This document shows, in pieces, positions 1 to 10,447 of a stretch of DNA of 64,000 nt. Position 1 is the first letter of the stretch. Every line of letters begins with the position of its first letter. The position numbers and the translations under genes are program-made. The notes under the pieces were generated by a model, which was not told where the DNA came from, ran no database searches, and was given only the letters and a program-made list of their open reading frames with translations. The stretch is taken from positions 3,174-67,173 of the forward strand of contig JAUYKW010000027.1 of assembly GCA_030698395.1 (NCBI GenBank), read 5' to 3'. Origin of the DNA: a bacterium (GTDB lineage: Bacteria; Patescibacteriota; Patescibacteriia; UBA9570).

Positions 1-456
1 GCATTTGATGAAAGTGATGAAATTTTAGTCGAAAACTTTATTGATGGCAGAGAATTCACAGTTGGTGTAATTGGCACTCATAATAATATTCAAGTACTAC
101 CAGCAACAGAAATTATTCCAAATGTATCTAAGTTTTATGATTTTGCGGCTAAATATGATGAAGGTGGATCTACACATGTATGCCCAGCAGATTTAGACGA
201 AGAGACCACTGAAACATTACAGCGACTTGGTGAAAGAGCATTTCGAGTTTTAGGAGCTTCTGGAATGATGAGAGTTGATTTTATGTATGATGAATCAGAA
301 AAATTATTTTACTTCATTGAAGCAAATACAATTCCAGGTATGACTAATACGAGTCTACTTCCTGAAGCAGCTGCAGCAGCCGGGATAGAATTTTCTCAAC
401 TTTTAGATAAGTTAATTCAATTTGGTTTCGAGCGTTATCAAGAGGAGCAAGTATAA
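1..456 (+). CDS. ddl: D-alanine--D-alanine ligase, C-terminal part (5' end outside window)
   Basis: Frame 1 is open from base 1: ILVENFIDGREFTVGV...FYDFAAKY...RVDF...EANTIPGMT..SLLP, which are ATP-grasp Ddl motifs; adjacent to alr. Confidence 0.93.
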   Translation, partial: AFDESDEILVENFIDGREFTVGVIGTHNNIQVLPATEIIPNVSKFYDFAAKYDEGGSTHVCPADLDEETTETLQRLGERAFRVLGASGMMRVDFMYDESEKLFYFIEANTIPGMTNTSLLPEAAAAAGIEFSQLLDKLIQFGFERYQEEQV

Positions 457-458
457 AT

Positions 459-1592
459 ATGACCACTCCCCTATCATACATTGAATTGTCTAAAGACAAT
501 TTGTTATCAAATATTAATAATATAAAATCTATATTGCCAAAAAATATAGGACTGGGTTGTGTTGTAAAAGCAAATGCTTATGGCCATGGATATGCCGAAA
601 TTGTTAACATTATAAAATCCCATGTAGATTATTTATTAGTAGATGATTTTTCCGAGTTTAAAAAAATCCGTAATATAACCGATAAACCAATTATCCTTTT
701 AGGTTATGTATCTAAAGACGAATTATTGCAAACTATTGAACTAGATGGCATCTTGGCGGTTTATGATATCGAACGTCTTCCCTTGCTTGATAACCTTGCT
801 CACAGACTTAATAAAAGAGTTAAGATACACATAAAAATTGATGCACACTTAGGCAGACAAGGAATTCTAGTTGATGCTGTAGAAGATTTTATCGTGGAAT
901 TAAAAAAATATAAAAATATAGCTATTGACGGCGTATATGCGCACTTTGCAAACATAGAAGATACATCAGATGTAACTCACGCGGAAAAACAAATTAGTGA
1001 GTACAAAAGAGCAATTGAGATATTTCAAAGAAATGGATATGACAAAATTGAAAGCCACATATCTTCAACATCTGGGATACTAGCATACGAACAAAAATCA
1101 GGATCGTCATCATTAGTAAGATTTGGCATTGGATTATATGGCCTTTGGCCATCAGAAGGATTAAGAAACATTTATGGAAAAAATGGAGTTACACTTAAAC
1201 CTGTCATGCGTTGGATAACTCATGTTGCTCAAGTAAAAACACTGCCAGCAAATTATCCAATTGGATATGGTATTACTTTTGTCACCTCAAAGAAAACAAA
1301 AATTGCCATTATTCCTCAAGGTTATAGCGATGGCTACGATCGTTCATTATCAAACGTAGGTGAAGTACTCATTCATGGCACTAGATGTAGAGTGCTTGGC
1401 AGAGTATCAATGAATATATTTACGGTTGATGTAACACATTTACCGGACATTAAACCAGAAGATGAAGTTGTACTATTAGGCCAACAAGATAATGAAATAA
1501 TTTCAGCTGAAGAAATTGCACAAAAAATAAACACTATCAACTATGAAGTGGTAGCTAGAGTTTCTTGGGATTTGCCGAGGACTATCGTGTAA
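459..1592 (+). CDS. alr: Alanine racemase
   Basis: VVKANAYGHG PLP-lysine motif, HIKIDAHLGRQG, GYSDGY, GRVSMN, TINYEV. Confidence 0.97.
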   Translation: MTTPLSYIELSKDNLLSNINNIKSILPKNIGLGCVVKANAYGHGYAEIVNIIKSHVDYLLVDDFSEFKKIRNITDKPIILLGYVSKDELLQTIELDGILAVYDIERLPLLDNLAHRLNKRVKIHIKIDAHLGRQGILVDAVEDFIVELKKYKNIAIDGVYAHFANIEDTSDVTHAEKQISEYKRAIEIFQRNGYDKIESHISSTSGILAYEQKSGSSSLVRFGIGLYGLWPSEGLRNIYGKNGVTLKPVMRWITHVAQVKTLPANYPIGYGITFVTSKKTKIAIIPQGYSDGYDRSLSNVGEVLIHGTRCRVLGRVSMNIFTVDVTHLPDIKPEDEVVLLGQQDNEIISAEEIAQKINTINYEVVARVSWDLPRTIV

Positions 1593-2216
1593 ATGAGATA
1601 TCTCAAAGAACCCTTAGAAGAAATAACCGAAATTACTGCAAAAATGCAGTATTCTTTACGTAACTACCCAGGGTCAGTAAAACGTCCGTATCTCCGCTCA
1701 GAAGCGAAAAATAGGCTTCTAAAGGCTAATGAATATGCGCAAAAGACATATAATTCATCAATATTGATTTGGGATGCTTACCGCACATCTTTGTGTCAAG
1801 GTTTCTTGTTTTATAATTTCTATTCAACCCTAAAAAAAGATATTTCTAATGGCGCTCAGTTAGTACAGAACACATTAAAATTTGTTGCCTGGCCAGATGA
1901 TTACGCGCCTCATAAGAGCGGTGGAACTATAGACATGACCTTGATTGATATTAATGGAACTCCCCTCCCAATGGGCGGAGAATATGATGAGTTAACTGAA
2001 CGTTCGTTCACAGCTTATTATGAACGAGACAATTTAAGTTCTGCAGAAATAATTTACCGTGACAACCGTAGAAAAATTCAAGACGTAATGTTAAAAGTTG
2101 GTTTCATTAACTATGAAGAAGAATGGTGGCATTTTGAATACAAAACAAGACGCTATGCAAAGATGCACAACGAAACTGAAATATACGGTCCTATTAATGC
2201 AACTCCTAAGCCCTAA
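1593..2216 (+). CDS. D-Ala-D-Ala dipeptidase, VanX/DdpX-like (peptidase M15D)
   Basis: IWDAYR, PHKSGGTIDMTL (H..D zinc ligands) and EEWWHFEY motifs; no signal peptide seen. Confidence 0.88.
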   Translation: MRYLKEPLEEITEITAKMQYSLRNYPGSVKRPYLRSEAKNRLLKANEYAQKTYNSSILIWDAYRTSLCQGFLFYNFYSTLKKDISNGAQLVQNTLKFVAWPDDYAPHKSGGTIDMTLIDINGTPLPMGGEYDELTERSFTAYYERDNLSSAEIIYRDNRRKIQDVMLKVGFINYEEEWWHFEYKTRRYAKMHNETEIYGPINATPKP

Positions 2217-3480
2217 GCTCAGCCAAACCTTTCATGTAAGGATGTAAAACTTGAGGAAGCTTAACACTACCATCAGCTTGCTGGTGGATTTCTAACAAAG
2301 GTATTAACAATCTAGGTGAAGCAGCTAAAGTATTGTTTAAGGTCTGACAAAATTGTGTTTTACCATCATTATCTTTATACCTTAATTGTAAACGTCGCGC
2401 CTGAAAATCTCCCATCCAAGAACACGAGTGAGTTTCACCGTATCCATTTCGCGATGGCATCCATGTTTCAATATCACGTTTATATTTCTGAGGAGCTCCC
2501 ATTTCACCAGTGCATAGCTCCATTACTCGAAATGGTAAATCTAAGGTTTCCATAAATTCCTCAGAATTTTTCATAATTTCTTCAAAAAGCTCCATAGCAA
2601 TCATGTCATCATTCTGACATAATATCACTTGCTCCACCTTATTAAATTGTCGCAACCGATATAAACCTTTAGTATCTTTACCATAACTTCCTACTTCAGT
2701 TCTAAAGCATGGCGTCCAAGCAGTATATTTTTTTGGTAATTCCTCAACAGACAATGTTTCATCAGCGTGATATGCACATAAAGTAATCTCTGATGAACCA
2801 ATTAAATGCTGTTCCTTTTCTTTATCTAATGCACGGAATGTTTCATCTTTCATCCACGGAAAATAACCAGTTCCAAAAAAATAATCTTGATACGTCATCA
2901 ATGGTGTTACAAATTGGGTGAATCCCCTTTCTCGCAAAAAATCCAGCGCATATGTCATTAAAGCTATCTCTAACTGAGCGCCTGCTCCTTTTAGATAATA
3001 TCCTCTCGTTCCGGTAACTTTAACTCCCCTTTCCACATCAATTATTCCTAATTCATTACCTAAAGTTATATGATCTTTTGGTACAAAATCAAATTTTGGT
3101 ATTTCACCTACAGTTTTAATTTCAACATTATCGTTTTCATCTTTACCAACAGGAACCTTTGGATCTGGAATGTTAGGAATGTTTAACATTATTTCTCTAA
3201 ATTCTTGCTCAACTTTTCCAAAGATTCTCTCTAAGTCCTTCACTTCTAAAGCAATCTTTCTCATCAACTTTATTTTATCTCTTTTCAAATCATCAGGAGC
3301 AGTTGCAATTTCTTGATTGGCATTATGCTGCTCTGATTTAAGATCATCAATTCTTTTTTGTAATTTTCTCCTTTCAGCATCTACATCTAACAACTCCGTT
3401 ATGGAAACCTCAATATTCTTCTGCTCTGCAGCTTGTTTAACTAATTCAATATTTTCTCGAATAAATTTAATATCTAACAT
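2206..3480 (-). CDS. serS: Serine--tRNA ligase
   Basis: MLDIKFIREN start, coiled-coil arm, FRTEVGSYGKDTKGLYRLRQFNKVEQ, TLNNT. Confidence 0.97.
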   Translation of the reverse strand: MLDIKFIRENIELVKQAAEQKNIEVSITELLDVDAERRKLQKRIDDLKSEQHNANQEIATAPDDLKRDKIKLMRKIALEVKDLERIFGKVEQEFREIMLNIPNIPDPKVPVGKDENDNVEIKTVGEIPKFDFVPKDHITLGNELGIIDVERGVKVTGTRGYYLKGAGAQLEIALMTYALDFLRERGFTQFVTPLMTYQDYFFGTGYFPWMKDETFRALDKEKEQHLIGSSEITLCAYHADETLSVEELPKKYTAWTPCFRTEVGSYGKDTKGLYRLRQFNKVEQVILCQNDDMIAMELFEEIMKNSEEFMETLDLPFRVMELCTGEMGAPQKYKRDIETWMPSRNGYGETHSCSWMGDFQARRLQLRYKDNDGKTQFCQTLNNTLAASPRLLIPLLEIHQQADGSVKLPQVLHPYMKGLAELRA

Positions 3481-3490
3481 AGGAGTAATT

Positions 3491-5566
3491 TTAGGCTAAT
3501 TCTAGATCCTCAGCAATGCCCTGCATCGCCTCTAAACATAATTCAATCGCCTGATCCAAATTAATTCCCAACATTTCATCACATTTTTTTATCATGTCTC
3601 GTTCAACACCTTTGGCAAATGATTTATCTTTAAATTTCTTCTTAATACTTTTAACTTCTACTGATGCAATTTTTTTGTCTGGCCTCACTAAAGTTGACGC
3701 TATTATTAAACCTGTTAGCTGCTCTAAACACTGTAAATTTTTAGACATGATAGTTTTAGCCTCGATACCATGGTGTTGATTATGTTCCCTGACAGCATCT
3801 ACAACAGCATCATGAACACCTTTCTTTTTTAACATTTCCGCACCTACTAAACTGTGTTCTTTTAATTCAACATCCTCATAATCAATATCATGTAATAATC
3901 CAGCTATACCCCATGCTTCAGGTGATTGTGCAGAAAAATGTTCAGCCATTTTCACCATCAATGCCTCTGTTGCCAACATATGTTTTCTTAAGTTTTCATC
4001 AGTAACCTCCTGAAACATATAATCTTTAGCATCAGCTCGTGATATTCCAGCGTCGAATTTCTGCAATGTGATGTCATTAGATATAACTACACTAGATTGA
4101 ACAGTCTCTTCGTTTATAATATGTTTAGGCCGCATCAATGGGAACATGACACATTCTTTAATAGGCTTGTCCATTAAAAATGAAAATAGCCTTTCACTTA
4201 CTCCAAATCCCGAAGTCGGAGGCATACCAACTTCCAACGCTTCTACAAAATCTTCATCATGCATTTGGGCTTCTGCATCACCAGCATCTCTTAGTTTAGC
4301 TTGTTCGTTAAACCGTGCTCGCTGATCAATCGGATCATTCAACTCTGTATAGCCGTTTCCAAGCTCACTTCCAGCAATCAACACTTGATACCTCTCTACT
4401 AATCTAGGATCATCAGCTTTACGTTTCGCTAAAGGAGAAACTTCCACTGGATGATTTACTAAAAATACTGGGCCGACAATACTTTTTCTACAATTCTTCA
4501 TTAAAGCATCAATTAATCTACCTCTTCCTACATCAGCCGAAATATCTATCTTATTTTTTTTACAAACACTCAATATCTCTTCATCAGTAGCATCTAAAAT
4601 ATCAATTTCTAATTGATCCTTAATAATTGTTGTGTAATCTACTTCTTGCCATTCTTGATCTAGATTTACATCGTTACCTTTTATTGAAAAACTCAATGTA
4701 CCAAACGCTTCATTAATTGCATATTTGTACATACGTTCAACTAACTTCATGCTGTCACGATAATTTGCATACGCCCAATAGAATTCCATTTGGGTATAAT
4801 CCTGTAAATGCTCTGGACTCATTCCTTCATTTCTAAATTGTCTGCCAATTTCAAATGTTTTTTCAAAACCACCCACCATCAATCTCTTCTGCCACAGCTC
4901 ACCCATAGATATTCGTAAATATAGGTCAATGTCCAAAGCATTGTGATGCGTTTTAAACGGCTCAGCATCAGCGCCTCCTGGCGTTACCTCCAACACTGGT
5001 GTTTCAACTTCTAAAAAATCTTCTTTTAGTAAGAAGCTTCTAATTGCATTCCAAAAAATACTCTTTTTTACAAACATCCCTCGTAGTTCTGGGTTCATCA
5101 GCATATCCACGTATCGTTTTCGATACCTCAACTCCTCATCCTGAATACCATGCCACTTATCGGGCAAAGGCTGTAATGCCTTACTTAACATTGTAATATC
5201 ACTAACAAGAATTGACTGTTCACCCTTTTTTGTAATGAACACTTTTCCCGTAACCTCGACAATATCACCAACGTCAAAAATTCTTAACTGCTTGTATTTA
5301 TCACCAAAATCTTCTTTGGCTAATGCAATTTGAATTTTTCCAGAAAAATCCTCTAATTGTGCAAATGACAGCTTGCCATGATCTCTAAGAAATCTAATTC
5401 TGCCACAAACTATAACTTCCTGATCATCGAGTTTATCAAAATTACTAAACACATCGTCCACCGTGTGGGTTCGATTACTTTCCGAAGGATAAGGATTTCC
5501 TATATCCGACAAGTATTCATTGTGTTTTTGAATACGAACTTCTTTTTCAGATTGATGATCTGTCAT
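3491..5566 (-). CDS. lysS: Lysine--tRNA ligase (class II) fused to a C-terminal HD-domain hydrolase
   Basis: OB-fold anticodon domain, YLRIS, FRNEG, ELGNGYTELNDP, GMPPTSGFG; about 190 extra C-terminal aa with H..ATE, GLLHDIDYE, EH, HN. Confidence 0.95.
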   Translation of the reverse strand: MTDHQSEKEVRIQKHNEYLSDIGNPYPSESNRTHTVDDVFSNFDKLDDQEVIVCGRIRFLRDHGKLSFAQLEDFSGKIQIALAKEDFGDKYKQLRIFDVGDIVEVTGKVFITKKGEQSILVSDITMLSKALQPLPDKWHGIQDEELRYRKRYVDMLMNPELRGMFVKKSIFWNAIRSFLLKEDFLEVETPVLEVTPGGADAEPFKTHHNALDIDLYLRISMGELWQKRLMVGGFEKTFEIGRQFRNEGMSPEHLQDYTQMEFYWAYANYRDSMKLVERMYKYAINEAFGTLSFSIKGNDVNLDQEWQEVDYTTIIKDQLEIDILDATDEEILSVCKKNKIDISADVGRGRLIDALMKNCRKSIVGPVFLVNHPVEVSPLAKRKADDPRLVERYQVLIAGSELGNGYTELNDPIDQRARFNEQAKLRDAGDAEAQMHDEDFVEALEVGMPPTSGFGVSERLFSFLMDKPIKECVMFPLMRPKHIINEETVQSSVVISNDITLQKFDAGISRADAKDYMFQEVTDENLRKHMLATEALMVKMAEHFSAQSPEAWGIAGLLHDIDYEDVELKEHSLVGAEMLKKKGVHDAVVDAVREHNQHHGIEAKTIMSKNLQCLEQLTGLIIASTLVRPDKKIASVEVKSIKKKFKDKSFAKGVERDMIKKCDEMLGINLDQAIELCLEAMQGIAEDLELA

Positions 5567-5572
5567 GAAAAT

Positions 5573-6040
5573 CTATGAAATCTTTTTTACTGTAAAATTT
5601 GTAACTCCTTTTGGAACTTTTATCTCAACAACATCTCCAACTTTACTACCTAACAAAGCTGCTCCCATTGGAGATTGATTTGAAATCTTACCGTCTATAG
5701 GATTGGCTTCATTGGAACCAACAATTTTAAAAACTTGAACTACACCTTCATTGTTCTCAGCATCAACAGTAGAACCAATTACAACCACACTTGATGTTGT
5801 TGGTTTTTCTATAATTTTTGCATTTCTAGCCTGTTCTTCCATATCAATAATTCTGGATTCAAGTAATCCCTGAGCTTCTTTGGCATCGCTATATTCTGCG
5901 TTCTCTGATAAATCTCCTAATTCTTTTGCACTTGCTATTCTACCAGCTATATCTTTACGCTCAGTTGTTTTTGCATATTCAATATCTCTTTTTAGCTTCT
6001 CTAAACCTTCTTCTGTTACATAAAAAGTCTTATCTTCCAT
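5573..6040 (-). CDS. greA: Transcription elongation factor GreA
   Basis: GDLSENAEYSDAKE and ISNQSPMGAALLG motifs. Confidence 0.97.
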   Translation of the reverse strand: MEDKTFYVTEEGLEKLKRDIEYAKTTERKDIAGRIASAKELGDLSENAEYSDAKEAQGLLESRIIDMEEQARNAKIIEKPTTSSVVVIGSTVDAENNEGVVQVFKIVGSNEANPIDGKISNQSPMGAALLGSKVGDVVEIKVPKGVTNFTVKKIS

Positions 6041-6079
6041 GATCTTAAGTTATGAATAAATTTATTAATAATGCGTAGT

Positions 6080-6108
6080 ATTCTAGTATAACTTATACGT
6101 ACTGTCAA
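6080..6108 (-). promoter_or_regulatory. Sigma70 promoter of greA-lysS-serS
   Basis: TTGACA (6108-6103), 17 bp spacer, TAGAAT (6085-6080) in the intergenic gap upstream of greA. Confidence 0.8.
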
Positions 6109-6124
6109 TCTTTTTTAAGTAATT

Positions 6125-8071
6125 TTACGGCTTATTTGAAAAATACTCCTCCAATACTCGTACAGCTATTGGCAATGCTGATTCTGTACCTTCCCCACCT
6201 TCCTCGACTAGCACAGTTAAGACTATTTCTGGATCATCATAAGGAGCAAATGAAGTAAACCAAGAATGAGTTTTGTCAGTTCCTCCTACCTGTGCTGTTC
6301 CAGTTTTACCTGCAACTGCCACAGAAAGAGAATTCATTCTTTTTGCACTTCCAGAAGTCACCGCTTGTCTCATTCCTTCACGTACCAACTGTACATTGTA
6401 TGAATTTATAAAACCACTATTCTTTACTTCACTTTCAATAAGATAATCAACATCTCCGGCCTGACTTTTTATTTGATCTACTAAACGTGGCTTATAAAGT
6501 GTTCCGCCATTTGCTATTACAGATGTAAATAATGCAACTTGCAAAGGTGTAACTAAAACGTCACCTTGGCCAATAGAAGTATTATAAGTATCACCAATGT
6601 ACCATGGTTCACCTTTCACGGTCTCCTTCCACTCTTTAGTTGGTAAGAAACCCGCAGCTTCCGCGGGTAAATCAATACCAGTAATGTCACTTAAACCAAA
6701 CTTGCTGGCATATTCATTTATTTTATCAATGCCCAAGCCACCCTCAATTTCTCTAGTTTCCTCATTGTATACACCACCACCTGCTAAATAGAAATATGTA
6801 TTTACAGATTCTGCCAATGCTTTTCTAACATCTGTTTGGCCATGACCTCCGGATTTCCAATCAGGGAAGAACCATTTATTTATTTGCACTCCGCCATTAC
6901 TTAAGACTGTCGTGTTAGCATCTACAACTCCTTCTTCTAATGCAGCTGCAGCTACAACTAATTTAAAAGTTGAACCAGACGGATATTCACCCATAACTGC
7001 TTTGTTAAAAAGTGGTTTGCGCTCATCATTGATGAGAGTCTGATAATCTTCATTATTTATACCTTTTATAAAAGAATTAAGATCGTATCCTGGAAAACTA
7101 ACTAAGGCTAAAATCTCTCCATTTTTGGGATTAATTGCAACTGCTGCACCACCTGGACTACCTATGTCTCGTGATGTTTCAGCTAAAGCGTCATATAAAG
7201 ATTTCTGCAATGCTACATCAATGGACAGGTCCAAATTACTACCAGGCAAAGGATCTTCTCTAGCAATTACTTCTATCTCGTTACCCAATGCATTAACTTC
7301 AACTTGTTTCTTGCCCTTCTTTCCTTTTAAGGGATTTTCATAAATATCTTCCAAACCATTTTTTCCTATCATATCTGAAAGTAAATAATCACCATCATCT
7401 ATTTTCTCAATATCACTCTCCCCAACTTTTCCAATATATCCCATAACATGAGATAGCTCTTCCGAATAAATGTATTCTCGTGATGCTTGAACCTCAACTT
7501 CAACTCCTGGTAAATTGCTTACTCGAGTTGAAAATGTTAAAGCCTTCTCATATGGCAGAAATTCTTCCAACACAAGAGGTTGCGCATATAATTTCTCTGC
7601 ATGCTCACTAACCTGCTTTTCTAGATCTGCTACAGACATTTCTAAAATATTAGCCGTTTGCTGTAACGTCTCATTATATAAATCTTTACTTTTTGGTAAA
7701 TTACTTGGAGTTATTGTAATAATGAAGTTTGGAATGTTTTTTACTAATTGTTCTCCATTTTTATCGTAAATAATTCCTCTAGATGCCGATAAATAATTAA
7801 TTCTAATTCTGTTGCCGTCCGCGATATCACGATAATCAGCACCCATCGCAATTTGTAAATAGGATACCCTAAATAATAGTACTGCCAAGCCAAAAGCAAA
7901 CACATACAATAGTCCTCGGACTCTGTTATGAGTGATTGCATCAGATAAAAATTCAGGAGTTTCAGTTTTATTTGGAATATCTACGTCAGCAACAACCTGA
8001 CCTTTATAACTAGAGGAAATTTTTTTATCCTTAATTGATTTATCAATAAATGGTGAAAATATATCGGACAT
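6125..8071 (-). CDS. mrdA: Penicillin-binding protein 2 (class B transpeptidase)
   Basis: RGIIYDKNG dimerisation domain, GSTFK (SxxK), SVN, KTGTAQ; follows mreD; likely start ATG 8071 (ORF track gives 8086). Confidence 0.95.
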   Translation of the reverse strand: MSDIFSPFIDKSIKDKKISSSYKGQVVADVDIPNKTETPEFLSDAITHNRVRGLLYVFAFGLAVLLFRVSYLQIAMGADYRDIADGNRIRINYLSASRGIIYDKNGEQLVKNIPNFIITITPSNLPKSKDLYNETLQQTANILEMSVADLEKQVSEHAEKLYAQPLVLEEFLPYEKALTFSTRVSNLPGVEVEVQASREYIYSEELSHVMGYIGKVGESDIEKIDDGDYLLSDMIGKNGLEDIYENPLKGKKGKKQVEVNALGNEIEVIAREDPLPGSNLDLSIDVALQKSLYDALAETSRDIGSPGGAAVAINPKNGEILALVSFPGYDLNSFIKGINNEDYQTLINDERKPLFNKAVMGEYPSGSTFKLVVAAAALEEGVVDANTTVLSNGGVQINKWFFPDWKSGGHGQTDVRKALAESVNTYFYLAGGGVYNEETREIEGGLGIDKINEYASKFGLSDITGIDLPAEAAGFLPTKEWKETVKGEPWYIGDTYNTSIGQGDVLVTPLQVALFTSVIANGGTLYKPRLVDQIKSQAGDVDYLIESEVKNSGFINSYNVQLVREGMRQAVTSGSAKRMNSLSVAVAGKTGTAQVGGTDKTHSWFTSFAPYDDPEIVLTVLVEEGGEGTESALPIAVRVLEEYFSNKP

Positions 8072-8072
8072 A

Positions 8073-8582
8073 CTAAATGAATACAAACCTCTGAAAAGCT
8101 GAAAAGAAACTCATAATAATATTTATAAAAATACATTGCAAAAAGATCCCTACCGATAAACTCAGTACCGAAACCACTGACATTGGATTAATGCCTATTA
8201 TTCCTAAGAAAAACAATCCATAATGAGCAATAGATAATACCCCAAAAACAGACATCAAACTTAAAGCACTAATAAAACTAATGGCCAATACTGATGTTTG
8301 TTTAACCCAAGTATCTCTTAAAAAATTAACTGCGATCACCAGCAATAAAGCAGCTATCATATAACTACCAAAAATAGTTGGACTAAAAATATCTAGAAAA
8401 AAACCTTGAATTATCCCCCAAATCAAAGCTTGCTTAAATTGTAATGCAAATGAAAAACTTATAATGTTAATCATTCCAAAACTTAACGTAAAGGCAAATA
8501 ATGAAATTGGTAATAAAACTGATATATCAATAACAGTTGCAAAAACCACGAAAACTATAATGAAGTAATGTTTTTTGCTCAT
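8073..8582 (-). CDS. mreD: Rod shape-determining protein MreD
   Basis: Hydrophobic multi-TM protein with GFFLDIFS..FG motif, located between mreC and PBP2. Confidence 0.8.
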   Translation of the reverse strand: MSKKHYFIIVFVVFATVIDISVLLPISLFAFTLSFGMINIISFSFALQFKQALIWGIIQGFFLDIFSPTIFGSYMIAALLLVIAVNFLRDTWVKQTSVLAISFISALSLMSVFGVLSIAHYGLFFLGIIGINPMSVVSVLSLSVGIFLQCIFINIIMSFFSAFQRFVFI

Positions 8583-8585
8583 AAA

Positions 8586-9389
8586 TTAATTAGGAATTAC
8601 TACGGATACAATTGAATTGGAACTATATCTTACTAATGGAGTAATTTTTGCTGTTTTAAATAGCTCACTTGCTTCATCATCTACGCTTTGAACAGTTCCT
8701 ATAATTAACCCTTGTGGTACATCTTTATCTTGTCCATTTGTAATTACAATACCTCCTACGTCTATCGGATTTTCTCTAAGAATATACTCCATTGCTAATC
8801 CTGTGCTAAATTCCCCATGCACTAATCCAGGAGTTCTGGCATCATTTTGTATCATGCCTTGTAATTGAATCAGATTACTAGTAATCAACGCTATCTCTGA
8901 ACGTTCTTCTTCAGTGGCGTAAACTATTCCTATTACTGCGCCTTCATTATATAAAACTGGATATCCCGTTTTTACTCCAGCAGATTCACCTTGGTTGATT
9001 GTTATAAGTTGGGTAGTTGTTCCTTGTCCAACTCTTGAAATAATTTTGGCTGGCAACATATTGAACTCGCTCTCATTAACAAATTTCAACTGATTCTCAT
9101 ATTCCTGATATTGGCTTAACTTGGTAGTCGCCTCACTATTTTGTAATGATAACTCAATGAGCTGATCTTTTAACCTACTGTTTTCTTCAATAATTGAAGA
9201 TTCATCTGTAGCAAAAGTTTTTGCATATGAATCGACATTACGAAACAAAACGCTTTGCACCGGCTGTAAAATATATGAAAAACCTTTTTCTAAAGGTTTT
9301 AAAATTCTAATATTATAAAAAAGTATCAACAGGAATATTATAATAACTGTGACTGATATCAAGCGAATGTGCTGACGTATAAAATTCAT
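8586..9389 (-). CDS. mreC: Rod shape-determining protein MreC
   Basis: N-terminal TM, coiled coil (EENSRLK), INQGESAGV, PQGLIIGTV. Confidence 0.92.
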   Translation of the reverse strand: MNFIRQHIRLISVTVIIIFLLILFYNIRILKPLEKGFSYILQPVQSVLFRNVDSYAKTFATDESSIIEENSRLKDQLIELSLQNSEATTKLSQYQEYENQLKFVNESEFNMLPAKIISRVGQGTTTQLITINQGESAGVKTGYPVLYNEGAVIGIVYATEEERSEIALITSNLIQLQGMIQNDARTPGLVHGEFSTGLAMEYILRENPIDVGGIVITNGQDKDVPQGLIIGTVQSVDDEASELFKTAKITPLVRYSSNSIVSVVIPN

Positions 9390-9397
9390 AGAATAAC

Positions 9398-10447
9398 TTA
9401 GTTATCCTCTGTATCTGTATCAAATACAATTGATTTCGTAAGTGCGTCAATGTCTTCAAGTATCAAACCAGTACCCCGCGCCACAGCTGTTAATGGATCA
9501 TCTACTACTTTTACTGGAATATTTGTTTCAGCTGCAATTAATTCATCTAATCTCGGTAATAATGCTCCACCACCAGTTAATAATATACCTCTCTCATATA
9601 TGTCTGAGATTAATTCTGGGGGCGTACCTTCAATAGTAGCTTTTATATTATCAATAATTTCAGAAACTGTTCTAGCCATAGAGTCTCTTATACCAACACT
9701 GTTAATTTCAATTTCCTTTGGCAATCCAGTTAATAAATCTCTTCCTCTCACAGGAGTTGATATATTTTCCTCTAATGGTAGTGCTGATCCAATAGCTATT
9801 TTAACCTTCTCCGCAGTACGTTCACCAATTAATAAATTAAATTCATCACGACAATAATTCATAATATCTTGATTTAAGTCATCACCTGCAATCCTGAGAG
9901 ATTTCCAATTAACAACACCTCCTAATGAAATTACTGCTATTTCACTAGTACCCCCACCAATATCAATAACCATACTACCTGTTGATTCTTGAACAGGTAA
10001 TCTAGCACCAATAGCTGCTGCCATTGATTCCTCTACTAAAAGAACCTCTCTAGCTCCAGCACTCTTAGCAGCGTCTTCAACGGCTTTTCTTTCTACTTCA
10101 GTTACTCCAATTGGAATTGCAATTACAACTCTTGGTCTTGGTAATAATGAAAATGTTTCTCTATGAACCTTGTCGATAAAATGCTTTAACATTTTTTCAG
10201 TTACCTCAAAATCAGATACAACTCCATTTACTAACGGCCTCGTAGCCACAATATGAGCTGGAGTTTTACCTACCATATCTTGTGCATCTTGACCCACTGC
10301 CAATATTTGATCTGTCCTAATATTAATAGCAACGACCGATGGCTCGTTTATAACAATACCTTTATCCTTTACATATACCAAAGTATTTGCAGTTCCCAGA
10401 TCGATACCAATGTCCTTCGATACACTTCCAAATATCTTATTAAGCAT
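9398..10447 (-). CDS. mreB: Actin-like protein MreB (copy 1)
   Basis: IGIDLGTANT, EPSVVA, DIGGGTSE, LTGGGALL. Confidence 0.97.
   Translation of the reverse strand: MLNKIFGSVSKDIGIDLGTANTLVYVKDKGIVINEPSVVAINIRTDQILAVGQDAQDMVGKTPAHIVATRPLVNGVVSDFEVTEKMLKHFIDKVHRETFSLLPRPRVVIAIPIGVTEVERKAVEDAAKSAGAREVLLVEESMAAAIGARLPVQESTGSMVIDIGGGTSEIAVISLGGVVNWKSLRIAGDDLNQDIMNYCRDEFNLLIGERTAEKVKIAIGSALPLEENISTPVRGRDLLTGLPKEIEINSVGIRDSMARTVSEIIDNIKATIEGTPPELISDIYERGILLTGGGALLPRLDELIAAETNIPVKVVDDPLTAVARGTGLILEDIDALTKSIVFDTDTEDN

Noticed and set aside
1-2216. Vancomycin-resistance (vanHAX) cluster
   Set aside because: No D-lactate dehydrogenase or vanRS is visible, and the ligase has the D-Ala-D-Ala-type KY loop. 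The region upstream of the window cannot be seen.
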